Assembly (NCBI GenBank): GCA_035308905.1
Contig: DATGFS010000003.1
Location: 418-64,417 of the forward strand
Source: a bacterium
GTDB lineage: Bacteria > Sysuimicrobiota > Sysuimicrobiia > Sysuimicrobiales > Segetimicrobiaceae
DNA: 64,000 bases
Direction of reading: 5' to 3'
Part shown: positions 1 to 8,594 of the stretch, one piece after another
Numbering within the stretch: the first letter of the stretch is position 1
Layout of the letters: the number at the start of each line of letters is the position of its first letter
Translations under genes and position numbers: made by a program
Notes under the pieces: generated by a model
Told to the model about the DNA's origin: nothing
What the model saw: the letters and a program-made list of their open reading frames with translations, nothing else
The model's database searches: none

Positions 1-80
1 CGGAATCCAGCACCCGGCACGCGGCGTCTTTCATTTCCTGGTCGACGACGGGCCGGAAGGCGACGGTGCGGGTGGCCATG
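1..80 (-). CDS. Partial CDS (N-terminal 26 codons; gene continues leftward out of window), hypothetical protein
   Basis: ATG at 80-78 (minus) reads MATRTVAFRPVVDQEMKDAACRVLDS... and stays open to the window edge. It is divergent from the dehydrogenase gene at 251. Too short to assign a function. Confidence 0.3.
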
Positions 81-250
81 CAAGCCTCCTGTGATCGCTC
101 GTACGGTGATGTCAAGAGGGTTCAGGTGGTCTACACCGAAGTCCTGCGTACTTTGAAACGTCGTTCCGCGCATCGCCATTTCGGGCCTCGGTTTCACACA
201 CCAGTTCCACAAGCGGCTCACCGGCGGCGACTGTCAAGGAAGGTGTAACA

Positions 251-1249
251 GTGACCGGCACGTCCTGGTTCTGCATTCGCACGGAGTCGCGGCGTCTGCC
301 GTCGTACGACATTCGCGTCGAGCGGAAGATCCTCGAAGCGAAGGGTGCCCGCGTCGAATCGATCGACATGGACGACCCGGAGGCGTTCGACCGGGCCGCG
401 CCGCTCGTCGACGCGGTGCTCCACTCCCGCGGGGTCCTCGACGCGGCGCGCATCGACCGGCTCAGCCGCTGCCGGATCATCGCCCACTACGGCACCGGCG
501 TCGACCGGGTCGACGTGGCCGCGGCCACCGCGCGCGGCATCTGGGTGACGAACGGACCGCGCTACGCCGTCGACGAAGTCTCGTCCCACGCGATCGCGCT
601 GCTGCTGGCCGTCGCCCGGAAGATCGTCGCCGCCGACCGGGCCGTCCGCGCCGGCGCCTGGCACATCAAGCCGATCGTGCCGCTCCACCGCATCGCGGGG
701 CGGACGCTCGGGCTGCTCGGCTTCGGCAATATCGCCCGGGCCACGGGCCGCAAAGGCCGGGCGCTCGGACTGGAGGTCATCGCGTACGATCCGTACCTCG
801 ACGCGTCCGTGTTCCGCGACGAAGGCGTCCGGGCCGTTGACCTGCGCGCCTGTCTCGCCGAAGCCGACATGCTCTCGATCCACCTGCCGCTCACGGAAGA
901 GACGCGGGGCATCATCTCGCGGGAGGCGCTCGGCTTGATGAAACCCGGCGCCGTGCTGGTGAACACGTCGCGCGGCCCCGTCGTCGACGAGGCCGCCCTC
1001 GTCGAGGCGCTGCGGTCGGGCCGTCTGGCCGGCGCCGGTCTCGACGTGTTCGAGCAGGAGCCGCTGCGAACGGATCACCCGCTGCTCACGCTCCCCAACG
1101 TGACGGTGTCCGGGCACATCGGCTTCTATTCGGAGGAATCGATCCAGCAGGCGCAGAGCGACGCGGCCGAGCAGGTGGTCGAAGCGATGGAAGGCCGTCC
1201 GCCCGCGTTTCTCGTCAACCGCCAGGTGCTCGAGCGGCCGGCCCGCTGA
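251..1249 (+). CDS. D-isomer-specific 2-hydroxyacid dehydrogenase family (NAD-binding) protein
   Basis: 332-aa ORF with the NAD-binding Rossmann motif GLLGFGNIARATGRKGRALGLEVIAYDP and a catalytic-domain layout typical of the D-2-hydroxyacid dehydrogenase / PGDH family. GTG start at 251 is preceded by GGAAGGTG 8 nt upstream. Confidence 0.8.
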   Translation: MTGTSWFCIRTESRRLPSYDIRVERKILEAKGARVESIDMDDPEAFDRAAPLVDAVLHSRGVLDAARIDRLSRCRIIAHYGTGVDRVDVAAATARGIWVTNGPRYAVDEVSSHAIALLLAVARKIVAADRAVRAGAWHIKPIVPLHRIAGRTLGLLGFGNIARATGRKGRALGLEVIAYDPYLDASVFRDEGVRAVDLRACLAEADMLSIHLPLTEETRGIISREALGLMKPGAVLVNTSRGPVVDEAALVEALRSGRLAGAGLDVFEQEPLRTDHPLLTLPNVTVSGHIGFYSEESIQQAQSDAAEQVVEAMEGRPPAFLVNRQVLERPAR

Positions 1250-1277
1250 CCGCCGGGACCTCAGAGGAGGGAAGATC

Positions 1278-2009
1278 GTGGCCAAGGATCGCGTGTTGTG
1301 CATCAGCGCCCATGCCGCCGACTTCTGCGTGCGCGCGGGCGGAACGCTCGCCCGCTACGCCGCGTCCGGCTCCGACGTGCGGGTGGTCGTCGTCAGCCCG
1401 GGAGCGCGCGGCGAGTCGAACGAGTTCTGGAAGGCCCGTCAAGGCAAGACGACGGAAGACGAGGTCGCGGAGGTCCGCCGGGGGGAGGCGCGCGCGGCCG
1501 CGGAGATTCTCGGCGTCGAGCTCGTCTTCTACGACTACCGCGACCAGCCGCTCACGTTCGACTACGAGCGGCTGATGCGGCTCGTCCGGGAGATCCGGAC
1601 ATTCCGGCCGCGGGTCATCATCACGCACCCCGCGAAGGAGCCGTACAACCCGGACCACACCACGACGTATGAGGCGACGATGGAAGCCGCCTACTACACG
1701 AGTCTCGCCGGCGTGGAGCCGGACCTGCCGGTGCTGGCCCCGACGCAGATCTTCGCCTGCGAGCCGACGCAGCCGCTCACGGAAATGACCGGGTTCGTCC
1801 CCGATCACTTCATCGACATCACGGATGTGATGGACGCGAAGATGCGCGCCACCGCGGAATTCCGCGCGCAGCCGTACCACGTCGAGCGCTACCGCACCCG
1901 CTCGCAGCAGCGCGGCACGCAGGCCGCCTACGTGGCCGGCGATCCCGGCATCAAGTTCGCCGAGGCGTTCCAGCGGCTGACGCCGTGGCAGGGACGGCTG
2001 TTCCCGTAG
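1278..2009 (+). CDS. LmbE/PIG-L family N-acetyl-glycoside deacetylase
   Basis: 243 aa. N-terminus VLCISAHAADFCVRAGGTL and the ITHPAKEPYNPDHTTTYEA motif (metal-binding HxDH-type) are typical of PIG-L/LmbE deacetylases. GTG start follows a GAGGAGGG RBS. Confidence 0.8.
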   Translation: MAKDRVLCISAHAADFCVRAGGTLARYAASGSDVRVVVVSPGARGESNEFWKARQGKTTEDEVAEVRRGEARAAAEILGVELVFYDYRDQPLTFDYERLMRLVREIRTFRPRVIITHPAKEPYNPDHTTTYEATMEAAYYTSLAGVEPDLPVLAPTQIFACEPTQPLTEMTGFVPDHFIDITDVMDAKMRATAEFRAQPYHVERYRTRSQQRGTQAAYVAGDPGIKFAEAFQRLTPWQGRLFP

Positions 2010-2072
2010 CGGGCGCCTAGCGAGTCGATACGCGTCCGCGGCCGCGCGCCCGCGGCACGAGGCGCCGCCCCG

Positions 2073-3218
2073 TCAGGCGGCGCGGCCCTCCTTGAAGAAC
2101 GCGATCACCGTGTCCGCCACGCGCGCCAGCATCTCGCCGGTCATGTGCGGGCCGACCGGCAGCGACATGTTCTCGCGGCACAGCCGTTCGGCGATCGGGA
2201 ACTGCCCCTCGCGCGTGCCGTACCGCGCCTGCACCGGCTCGAGCAGGTGGAGCGGCCGCGGATAGTGCACGCCCACGCCGATCTCTCGTTCGCGCAGGAA
2301 CTCCACCATCTCGTCGCGCTTCGGCGTCCAGATCGCGTAGTGCAGGTAGGACGGGTTGGCCCACGGCCTGGCCGGAGGCAGCCGGACCGGCAGCCCCGCG
2401 TCGCCGAACCGCTTCGTGTAGTACGCGGCCGCGTTCCGGCGGTGCTCCGTGAACGTCGGGAGCAGGCGCAGCTGCAACCGGCCCAGCGCCGCGGCCATCT
2501 CCGACAGGTGCATGTTGTAGCCGATCCAGCGCTGGTCGTACCAGGTCGCGTCCGTGCGCCGGATGAAGCTGACCTTCTCGTCCCGCAGCCGGCCCTGATC
2601 GCGCAGACTCGAGGCGCTCTCCGCGAGACGGCGGTCGTTGGTCACGACGGCGCCGCCGGTGCTGAACACCGTGATCATCTTGCCCGAGAAGCTGAAGAAC
2701 CCCGCGTCGCCGAGCCCGCCCGCCGGGCGGCCCTTGTACTCGGCGCCGAGCGCGTGGGCGGCGTCCTCGAGCACGAACACCTCCCGCGCCCCGGCCGCGG
2801 CGACGATCGGATCCATGTCGCACGGGAACCCGTACATGTGCAGCGGCACGACGGCGCGGGTCTTCGCCGTGATCGCGGCGGCGGCCGCGTCCGGTGAGAT
2901 GTTGCCAGTGTCCGCCTCGACCTCGACGAACACCGGCGTCGCCCCGAGCTTGACGACCGCGGCGAGGACGCCGATGTAGGCGTTCGCGGCCATGACCACC
3001 TCGTCACCCGGCCCGATGCTGCGCGCGTCGAGCGCGAGCATCGTGACCGACGTGCCGGAGTTGGCGGTGACGCCGTAGCGCATGCCGCACAGCCGCGCCA
3101 GCTCCACCTCGAAGCCCTCGGTCTCCGGCCCGCCGAACGTCGTTCCACTTTCGAGCACCTCGAGCGCTTTGCGCCGCATCTCGTCCGTGACGACCGGCGC
3201 GCGGTACGGAATCTTCAT
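2073..3218 (-). CDS. DegT/DnrJ/EryC1/StrS-family PLP-dependent aminotransferase (paralog 1)
   Basis: Begins MKIPYRAPVVTDEMRRKALEVLESG, with the internal ATG at 3218 preceded by GGAGGG; the ORF-track start at 3323 is probably too long. Contains ...YGVTANSGTSV... and the PLP-lysine region FFSFSGKMITVFSTGGAV. Its stop overlaps the start of the upstream gene (ATGA). Confidence 0.85.
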   Translation of the reverse strand: MKIPYRAPVVTDEMRRKALEVLESGTTFGGPETEGFEVELARLCGMRYGVTANSGTSVTMLALDARSIGPGDEVVMAANAYIGVLAAVVKLGATPVFVEVEADTGNISPDAAAAAITAKTRAVVPLHMYGFPCDMDPIVAAAGAREVFVLEDAAHALGAEYKGRPAGGLGDAGFFSFSGKMITVFSTGGAVVTNDRRLAESASSLRDQGRLRDEKVSFIRRTDATWYDQRWIGYNMHLSEMAAALGRLQLRLLPTFTEHRRNAAAYYTKRFGDAGLPVRLPPARPWANPSYLHYAIWTPKRDEMVEFLREREIGVGVHYPRPLHLLEPVQARYGTREGQFPIAERLCRENMSLPVGPHMTGEMLARVADTVIAFFKEGRAA

Positions 3219-4348
3219 GCCCGTCCCTCCCCGCTCCGTCCTTTTTGACGGTGCCCGCGGTAGAACTCGGCGATGCCCGCGACGACGTACTCGATCTCCG
3301 CTTCTCCGACGGCGGGATGGCACGGCAGCGAGAGAATTTCCCGGCAGGCCGCCTCGGCCGCGGGGAATTGGCCCTCACGGTAGGGCAGGCGGCCGGTGAA
3401 CGCTTCGTGCCGATGCACCGGCACCGGATAGTGCACGGACGTCGTCACCCCGCCGACCCGCAGGTGGTCCATCAGCGCGTCGCGGGCGTCGAGCCGGACG
3501 ACGTAATGTAAGAAGGTGTGCCCGGCGTACGGCAGCTCGACCGGGAGCCCGAGCGGGACGCCGGCATCGTCCAGCCGCCGCGTGTAGTCGTCCGCGTTGC
3601 GCCGCCGCTGCGCGTTCCACGCCGGCAGCTGGTCCAGCTGACAGGACGCGACGGCGGCGACCATCTCGGTGAGGCGGAAATTGTACCCGAGCACGTGCGT
3701 CTCGTAGCCGTCCCGGCGGCCGTGGTAGCGGCGGTCCACCAGGTCCTGCGCCAGCCGCTCGTCGGCCGCCGTCGCGGCGCCGCCGACCCCGCACGCGGAG
3801 ATCCCCTTGTTGCTGAACGCGAACACCCCGACGTCGCCGAGCGCGCCGGTGGGCCGGTCCTTATACCGGCCGCCGAGGGCGTGCGCGGCGTCCTCGAGGA
3901 TCCGCACGCCGCGCGGCTCGGCGAGCCGCCGCAGCGGATCCATGTCGACCGCGTGTCCGTAGCTGTGCTGCACGGCGATGGCGCGCGTGCGGGGCGAGAG
4001 CGCCGCTTCCACCTGATCTACGGCGATATTGTAGGTGCGCGGGTCGATGTCGACGAGAACCGGTGTGGCGCCGAGCTGCAGCGCGGCTTCCGGCACGCCG
4101 GCGTAAATGTTGGCCGGCATGATAACCTCGTCGCCCATCCGCACCCCGCACGCGTGCAGCCCGAGGAGCAGGCACGCGCTGCCCGACGACGCCGCGACGG
4201 CCCGGCGGGCTCCGCTCAGCGCGGCCAGCTTGGTCTCGAGCGCCTCCGTGTACGGCCCGAAGTAGTGAATCCGGCGCCGCAGCACGTCCGCCACGACACG
4301 CTGCATCTCGTCCGTCACGGGATAGGGAAACTTGTAAGGGATCTCCAT
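3215..4348 (-). CDS. DegT/DnrJ/EryC1/StrS-family PLP-dependent aminotransferase (paralog 2)
   Basis: Probable start MEIPYKFPYPVTDEMQRVVADVLRR (ATG 4348, GGAGG 11 nt upstream). An alternative in-frame start at 4372 is possible. PLP-Lys region AFSNKGISACGVGGA. Stop TGA overlaps the ATG of paralog 1 (ATGA at 3215-3218). Confidence 0.8.
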   Translation of the reverse strand: MEIPYKFPYPVTDEMQRVVADVLRRRIHYFGPYTEALETKLAALSGARRAVAASSGSACLLLGLHACGVRMGDEVIMPANIYAGVPEAALQLGATPVLVDIDPRTYNIAVDQVEAALSPRTRAIAVQHSYGHAVDMDPLRRLAEPRGVRILEDAAHALGGRYKDRPTGALGDVGVFAFSNKGISACGVGGAATAADERLAQDLVDRRYHGRRDGYETHVLGYNFRLTEMVAAVASCQLDQLPAWNAQRRRNADDYTRRLDDAGVPLGLPVELPYAGHTFLHYVVRLDARDALMDHLRVGGVTTSVHYPVPVHRHEAFTGRLPYREGQFPAAEAACREILSLPCHPAVGEAEIEYVVAGIAEFYRGHRQKGRSGEGRA

Positions 4349-4384
4349 CTTCGCCCGAACCTCCGGGGTCATCGCGCGCCTCTC

Positions 4385-4621
4385 TCAGCGTCCGGCGTGT
4401 GGCGCCGCGTCGTCCGCCGGAACAGCGGGCGGCTCGGCCGGCGGCGCCGGCGGCAAAAACCCATGGCTTACCTCGGGGTCCTCGACGGCGCCGGCCGGCA
4501 CCCGCGCCAGGGCGGCGCGGTTGGCGGCCACGATCGTCGTGATCATGGCGAGGTCGTCGTCGGTCACGGCGATGCCCTGCCGCGCCAGTTCCGCGCGGAT
4601 CTGGTCCGCACCGCCGTTCAT
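4385..4621 (-). CDS. Small (78 aa) GatC/AtzG-like (DUF4089-type) putative amidase partner subunit
   Basis: [44 protein letters not shown]... Its ATG at 4621 overlaps the amidase stop (ATGA at 4618-4621). This arrangement and size match the small subunits that pair with AS-family amidases (GatC with GatA; AtzG with AtzE). The longer ORF-track N-terminus is unlikely. Confidence 0.5.
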   Translation of the reverse strand: MNGGADQIRAELARQGIAVTDDDLAMITTIVAANRAALARVPAGAVEDPEVSHGFLPPAPPAEPPAVPADDAAPHAGR

Positions 4622-6015
4622 GACACCGCCTCCCCAACCGCCGGGCGACGGCCGTGCCACGGCGTCGAGCGCTCGTAGGCGTGCGCGATCCGGAACAGCG
4701 TCGTCTCGTCGAAATAGCGGCCCGCGAGCTGCATGCCGATCGGCAGCCCGGCCGCGGTGAAACCGCACGGCAGCGTGAGCGCCGGGTGCCCCGACAGGTT
4801 GAAATGGCGGGTGCCCCAGCTCGTGTCGGGCGGCTCCCCGGCCTTCTGCACCTCGACGGTAAACGCCGCATGCGGCAGCGTCGGCGTTACGATGGCGTCC
4901 ACCCGCTCGAGCGCCCGCGCCGCCTGCCGGGTCCAGGCCACGCGAACGCGCGTCGCCGCCTCGTACTCCCCGCTCGTGTAGCAGGCGCCCGACGCGATGC
5001 GCCGCCGGGTGCGGTCGCCGTAGTCCGCGGCGCGCTCGCGCAGCTGTCGGGCGTGCAGGCCGTAGGCCTCGGCCATGATAAGGATGCCGCCCGGTCCGGC
5101 GATGTGGCCGACGAGCGGCAGGTCGACCGGCTCGAGCCGGGCGCCCTCCCCCTCGAGGTGCCGGAGCGCCGCGCGCGCGGCGGCGTCGACCTCCGGCTCG
5201 AGCCTCTCATAGAAGTGCTGCTTGGGGACGCCGAGCACCATCCCGCGCACCCCGGCGTCCAGTCCATCGGTGAAATCCGGGACGGGCGTTCGCGCGCTGG
5301 TGGGGTCCAGCGGATCGTGGCCCGCCATCGTGTTCAACAAGAGCGCGCAGTCGGCCACCGTGCGAGCCATCGGCCCGACGTGATCCATGCTCCAGCTCAG
5401 CGGAATGAGGCCGTACCGGCTCACGCGCCCGTAGGTGGGCTTGAGCCCGACGATGCCGCAGAAGCTCGCCGGCACCCGGATCGAGCCGCCCGTGTCCGAG
5501 CCGGTGGCCGCGGGCGCCATCCCCGCCGCGAGCGCGCTGGCGGACCCGGCGCTCGACCCGCCGGTGTAGCGGCTCAGGTCCCAGGGGTTCCGCGCGATCC
5601 CGAACAGGTCCATCGTGCCGCACGCGAACTCGGTGGTGTTCGTCTTGCCGAGCATGATCATGCCGGCCTCGGCGAGGCGCCGGACGTGGGTGGCGTCGCG
5701 ATCGGGCACGTGCTCGATCAGACAGCGCGAGTGCGCGGTCGTGCGGACGCCCTTGGTCAGGCTGATGTCCTTGTGCGCGATCGGCAGGCCGTGCAGCCGC
5801 GTGCGGCGGCCGCCTCCGCCGGTGATCTCCTGCTCGGCCCGGCGGGCCGCGGCCAGCGCCGCCTCGCCGCAGACGGTGATGTAGCCGGCGAGACGGCCGT
5901 TGTACCGCTCGATCCGCTCGAGCGCCGCCCGCACGATCTCCACCGGGGAGACCTTGCGGGCGTCGAGCAGGCGCCCAAGCTCCGTGAGCGAGGTGTACGC
6001 GAGATCGACGGCCAT
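4618..6015 (-). CDS. Amidase-signature (AS) family amidase (GatA/AtzE-like)
   Basis: Contains the AS-signature core [52 protein letters not shown] (Ser-cisSer-Lys triad region). Probable start is [13 protein letters not shown] at ATG 6015; the 108-aa R/P-rich extension in the ORF track is probably not translated. Confidence 0.85.
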   Translation of the reverse strand: MAVDLAYTSLTELGRLLDARKVSPVEIVRAALERIERYNGRLAGYITVCGEAALAAARRAEQEITGGGGRRTRLHGLPIAHKDISLTKGVRTTAHSRCLIEHVPDRDATHVRRLAEAGMIMLGKTNTTEFACGTMDLFGIARNPWDLSRYTGGSSAGSASALAAGMAPAATGSDTGGSIRVPASFCGIVGLKPTYGRVSRYGLIPLSWSMDHVGPMARTVADCALLLNTMAGHDPLDPTSARTPVPDFTDGLDAGVRGMVLGVPKQHFYERLEPEVDAAARAALRHLEGEGARLEPVDLPLVGHIAGPGGILIMAEAYGLHARQLRERAADYGDRTRRRIASGACYTSGEYEAATRVRVAWTRQAARALERVDAIVTPTLPHAAFTVEVQKAGEPPDTSWGTRHFNLSGHPALTLPCGFTAAGLPIGMQLAGRYFDETTLFRIAHAYERSTPWHGRRPAVGEAVS

Positions 6016-6023
6016 GACGCCCG

Positions 6024-7289
6024 CTACCGTGCCGCGGCGGCCGGTTCGCCCGCCGCGTCCAGGCGCCCGCCGTAGAACTCTGCGACCTGGTCGAGGACGT
6101 AGTCGATCCCGTCGCCCATGTCGGGGTGAGACGGCAGGGTGACGATCTCCGTCACGATGCGGTCCGTGACGGGCCGCGGCCCCGGATCCTCGCCGGTGCG
6201 CGCGACGTACGCGGGCTCGCGGTATACCGGGTGCTTGTAGTGGATGCCGGCCCCGATGCCGCGTTCTGATAGAAAGGCGATGAGGCCGTCGCGGCGCGGC
6301 ACGCGGATCACGTAATGCAGCCACGCGTGCGAGGCCCACGGCATCTCCACCGGGACGGCCGCGCCGAGCCCGCGCGCCGTGAGGCCCGCGGTGTACCGGC
6401 GCGCGTTCTCGCGGCGGACGGCGTTATACCGATCGAGCCGGGACAGCGACACGCGGCCGACCGCGGCGAGCGACTCGCTCAGGGTGTGATTGAATCCCAC
6501 CAGGCTGAGCCGGCTGCGGTAGGCGTGCCCGCGCTCCCAGCCGTGCCGCCGCAGCAGCGACATCCGGTGGGCCCACTCCGGCTCGGACGTGAACGCCATG
6601 CCGCCCTGCCCCGCGACCGTCACGCCTTTTCGCGCGAAGCTGGTGAAGCTCGCGTCCCCGATCGAGCCGAGCGGCCGGCCCTTGTAGCGCCCGCCGAACG
6701 CGTGCGCCAGGTCTTCGATGACGAAGATGCCGCGCCGCCGCGCGAGCTCCATGAGCGGGTCCATGTCGACCGGATGCCCGTAGAGGTGGACGGCCACGAT
6801 CGCCTTCGTGCGCGGGGACAGCACCGGCTCCACCGTGCGCGCGTCCATGTTGGCGGTCGCCTCGAGCACGTCGCAGTACACCGGCTTGGCGCCGGCGTGA
6901 ATCGCGCACTCCGGCCCGGACAGGTAGCCGTTGGCGGCGCACACGACCTCGTCTCCGGGGCCGATGCCCATCGCCAGCATCGCCAGGTACAGGGCCGTGG
7001 TGCCCGACGAGACCCCCACGCCCCGCGCGACGCCGAGGTAGGCCGCGGCTTCACGCTCGAGCGCCTCGACCTCCGGGCCGTCGTAGTACACGGGACCCGG
7101 CGTGGGACGCAGCATCGCGTCCCGCATCTCGGCGTCGAACGGTGTCCACAGACAGCGGTACTTCACCGGCGTCGGCGCCCCGGCTTCTATGACATCGTTG
7201 CCGGCGTTAGTTTCATGGTTGCGCGCCGCGGAGTCGGCGCGCGGTCCGGCGTCAGCCGGTCCGCCGGCGTCCGGGTCCCCGTTATTCAC
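6024..7289 (-). CDS. DegT/DnrJ/EryC1/StrS-family PLP-dependent aminotransferase (paralog 3)
   Basis: GTG start at 7289 overlaps the stop of paralog 4 (GTGAATAA). Carries ~45-aa N-terminal low-complexity extension. PLP-Lys region FTSFARKGVTVAGQGGMAF. Confidence 0.8.
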   Translation of the reverse strand: MNNGDPDAGGPADAGPRADSAARNHETNAGNDVIEAGAPTPVKYRCLWTPFDAEMRDAMLRPTPGPVYYDGPEVEALEREAAAYLGVARGVGVSSGTTALYLAMLAMGIGPGDEVVCAANGYLSGPECAIHAGAKPVYCDVLEATANMDARTVEPVLSPRTKAIVAVHLYGHPVDMDPLMELARRRGIFVIEDLAHAFGGRYKGRPLGSIGDASFTSFARKGVTVAGQGGMAFTSEPEWAHRMSLLRRHGWERGHAYRSRLSLVGFNHTLSESLAAVGRVSLSRLDRYNAVRRENARRYTAGLTARGLGAAVPVEMPWASHAWLHYVIRVPRRDGLIAFLSERGIGAGIHYKHPVYREPAYVARTGEDPGPRPVTDRIVTEIVTLPSHPDMGDGIDYVLDQVAEFYGGRLDAAGEPAAAAR

Positions 7290-8457
7290 TGTAGAACTGC
7301 CGGATGGCCTCCGCGACGTAGCCGATATCGTTGGCGTCGAGCGTCTGGTAGCAGGGCAACGTCAGGATCGTCTGCGCGAGCCGCTCCGTGACGGGGAACG
7401 TCCCCTCCGGCGCTCCGCAGTGCGGCTGGTAGGCGTGATCGAGATGAATCGGCGTTCCGTACTCCACCATGACGTGGATGCCGCGGGATTCGAGATGGGC
7501 GCGCAGCTCGTCGCGCCGGGGCGTCTGCGCCACGAACCGCATCATCGCATGCTCCGCGTAGGGCTTCGCGGCCGGGAGGGTCAGGTCGTGGCGGAACCGG
7601 CTCAGCAGCGTGCCGTAGAGCGCGGCGTTCTCGCGCCGGCGCGCGTTCCAGCCGTCGAGATACTTGAGCTGGATGCGGCCGATCGCCGAATGGAGCTCGT
7701 TCTGCCGGTAGTTGTAGCCGACCATCTCGATCTGCTGGGCGCGGTAGATATGGTAGGCCTTGTGGCCCTCGAACCACCGGCGGCCGCGGCCGTGGTTGCA
7801 CAGCATCATCGCGGTCTCCCAGACGCGGGCGTCGGAGGTCACCATCATGCCGCCCTCGCCGCCGACCGAGATGCACTTGTTCTGCACGAACGAAAAACAG
7901 CCGGCGTTGCCGAACGTCCCGAGATACCGGCCCTTGTATTTCGCGCCGGCCGCGTGGCAGACGTCCTCCATCACTTTGAGGCCGTGCTTGCGCGCGATCG
8001 CCATCAGCGGGTCCATGTCGACCGGATGCCCGTTCATGTGCACGGGCATGATCGCCTTGGTCCGCGGCGTGATCGCGGCCTCGACCTGGGCGACGTTCAT
8101 GTTGTAGGTGTCCGGCTCGACGTCGACGAGCACCGGCTTGGCGCCGCAGAGGATGATCACGTCGGCGACCGAGGAGAACGTGTTCGGGACCGTGATGACC
8201 TCGTCGCCGGGGCCGACGCCGATCGCCAGCAGCGCGATGTGCATCGCCGCGGTGCCGCTCGACACGTTGACGGCATGCGGCGCGCCGATATAGGCGCAGA
8301 ACTCGTCTTCGAACCGCTTGCCCTCGGACTCTTCGAGCGGGAAGCTGCGAATATACTTGCCGCTTCGCAGCACACGGGTCGCCGCGTCGATCATCTCGTC
8401 GGTCATGACGGGTTTGTAGCGGATCTCTCGGACGGGTGCCTCGCGCGCCATGATCAT
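7282..8457 (-). CDS. DegT/DnrJ/EryC1/StrS-family PLP-dependent aminotransferase (paralog 4)
   Basis: MIMAREAPVREIRYKPVMTDEMIDAATRVLRSG...; PLP-Lys region FSFVQNKCISVGGEGGMM. First gene of the minus-strand operon. Immediately upstream lies an AT-richer 100-bp divergent promoter region. Confidence 0.85.
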   Translation of the reverse strand: MIMAREAPVREIRYKPVMTDEMIDAATRVLRSGKYIRSFPLEESEGKRFEDEFCAYIGAPHAVNVSSGTAAMHIALLAIGVGPGDEVITVPNTFSSVADVIILCGAKPVLVDVEPDTYNMNVAQVEAAITPRTKAIMPVHMNGHPVDMDPLMAIARKHGLKVMEDVCHAAGAKYKGRYLGTFGNAGCFSFVQNKCISVGGEGGMMVTSDARVWETAMMLCNHGRGRRWFEGHKAYHIYRAQQIEMVGYNYRQNELHSAIGRIQLKYLDGWNARRRENAALYGTLLSRFRHDLTLPAAKPYAEHAMMRFVAQTPRRDELRAHLESRGIHVMVEYGTPIHLDHAYQPHCGAPEGTFPVTERLAQTILTLPCYQTLDANDIGYVAEAIRQFYSE

Positions 8458-8594
8458 CCCCTCTCGCGGAAACGAGCAAGGAGATCGTTCGAGAAAAAGA
8501 GAAACAACCCCTCTACTATCTCCGTATTCGTCCCGAAAAACGAAATAGCATTTTGATAATGCGGCGACTATCCGCTAAGGGGGACGGCACAACA
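8458..8594. promoter_or_regulatory. AT-rich divergent intergenic promoter region between the aminotransferase operon (-) and the ABC-importer/hydantoinase operon (+)
   Basis: This is the only markedly AT-rich stretch in the first 18 kb (...gaaaaagagaaacaacccctctactatctccgtattcgtcccgaaaaacgaaatagcattttgataatg...). It contains a GATAAT -10-like hexamer and an AAGGGGGA RBS before the SBP gene ATG at 8595. Confidence 0.45.

Noticed and set aside
218-1303. 361-aa minus-strand ORF and 112-480 ORF overlapping the 2-hydroxyacid dehydrogenase gene
   Set aside because: Antisense to a gene that has a clear NAD-binding motif and an RBS. The translation is Arg-rich nonsense.
2010-2072. Possible bidirectional terminator between the convergent LmbE-like and DegT1 genes (CCGCGG-rich palindromic segment)
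   Set aside because: Only short self-complementary CCGCGG blocks and no convincing extended stem, so not called as a feature.
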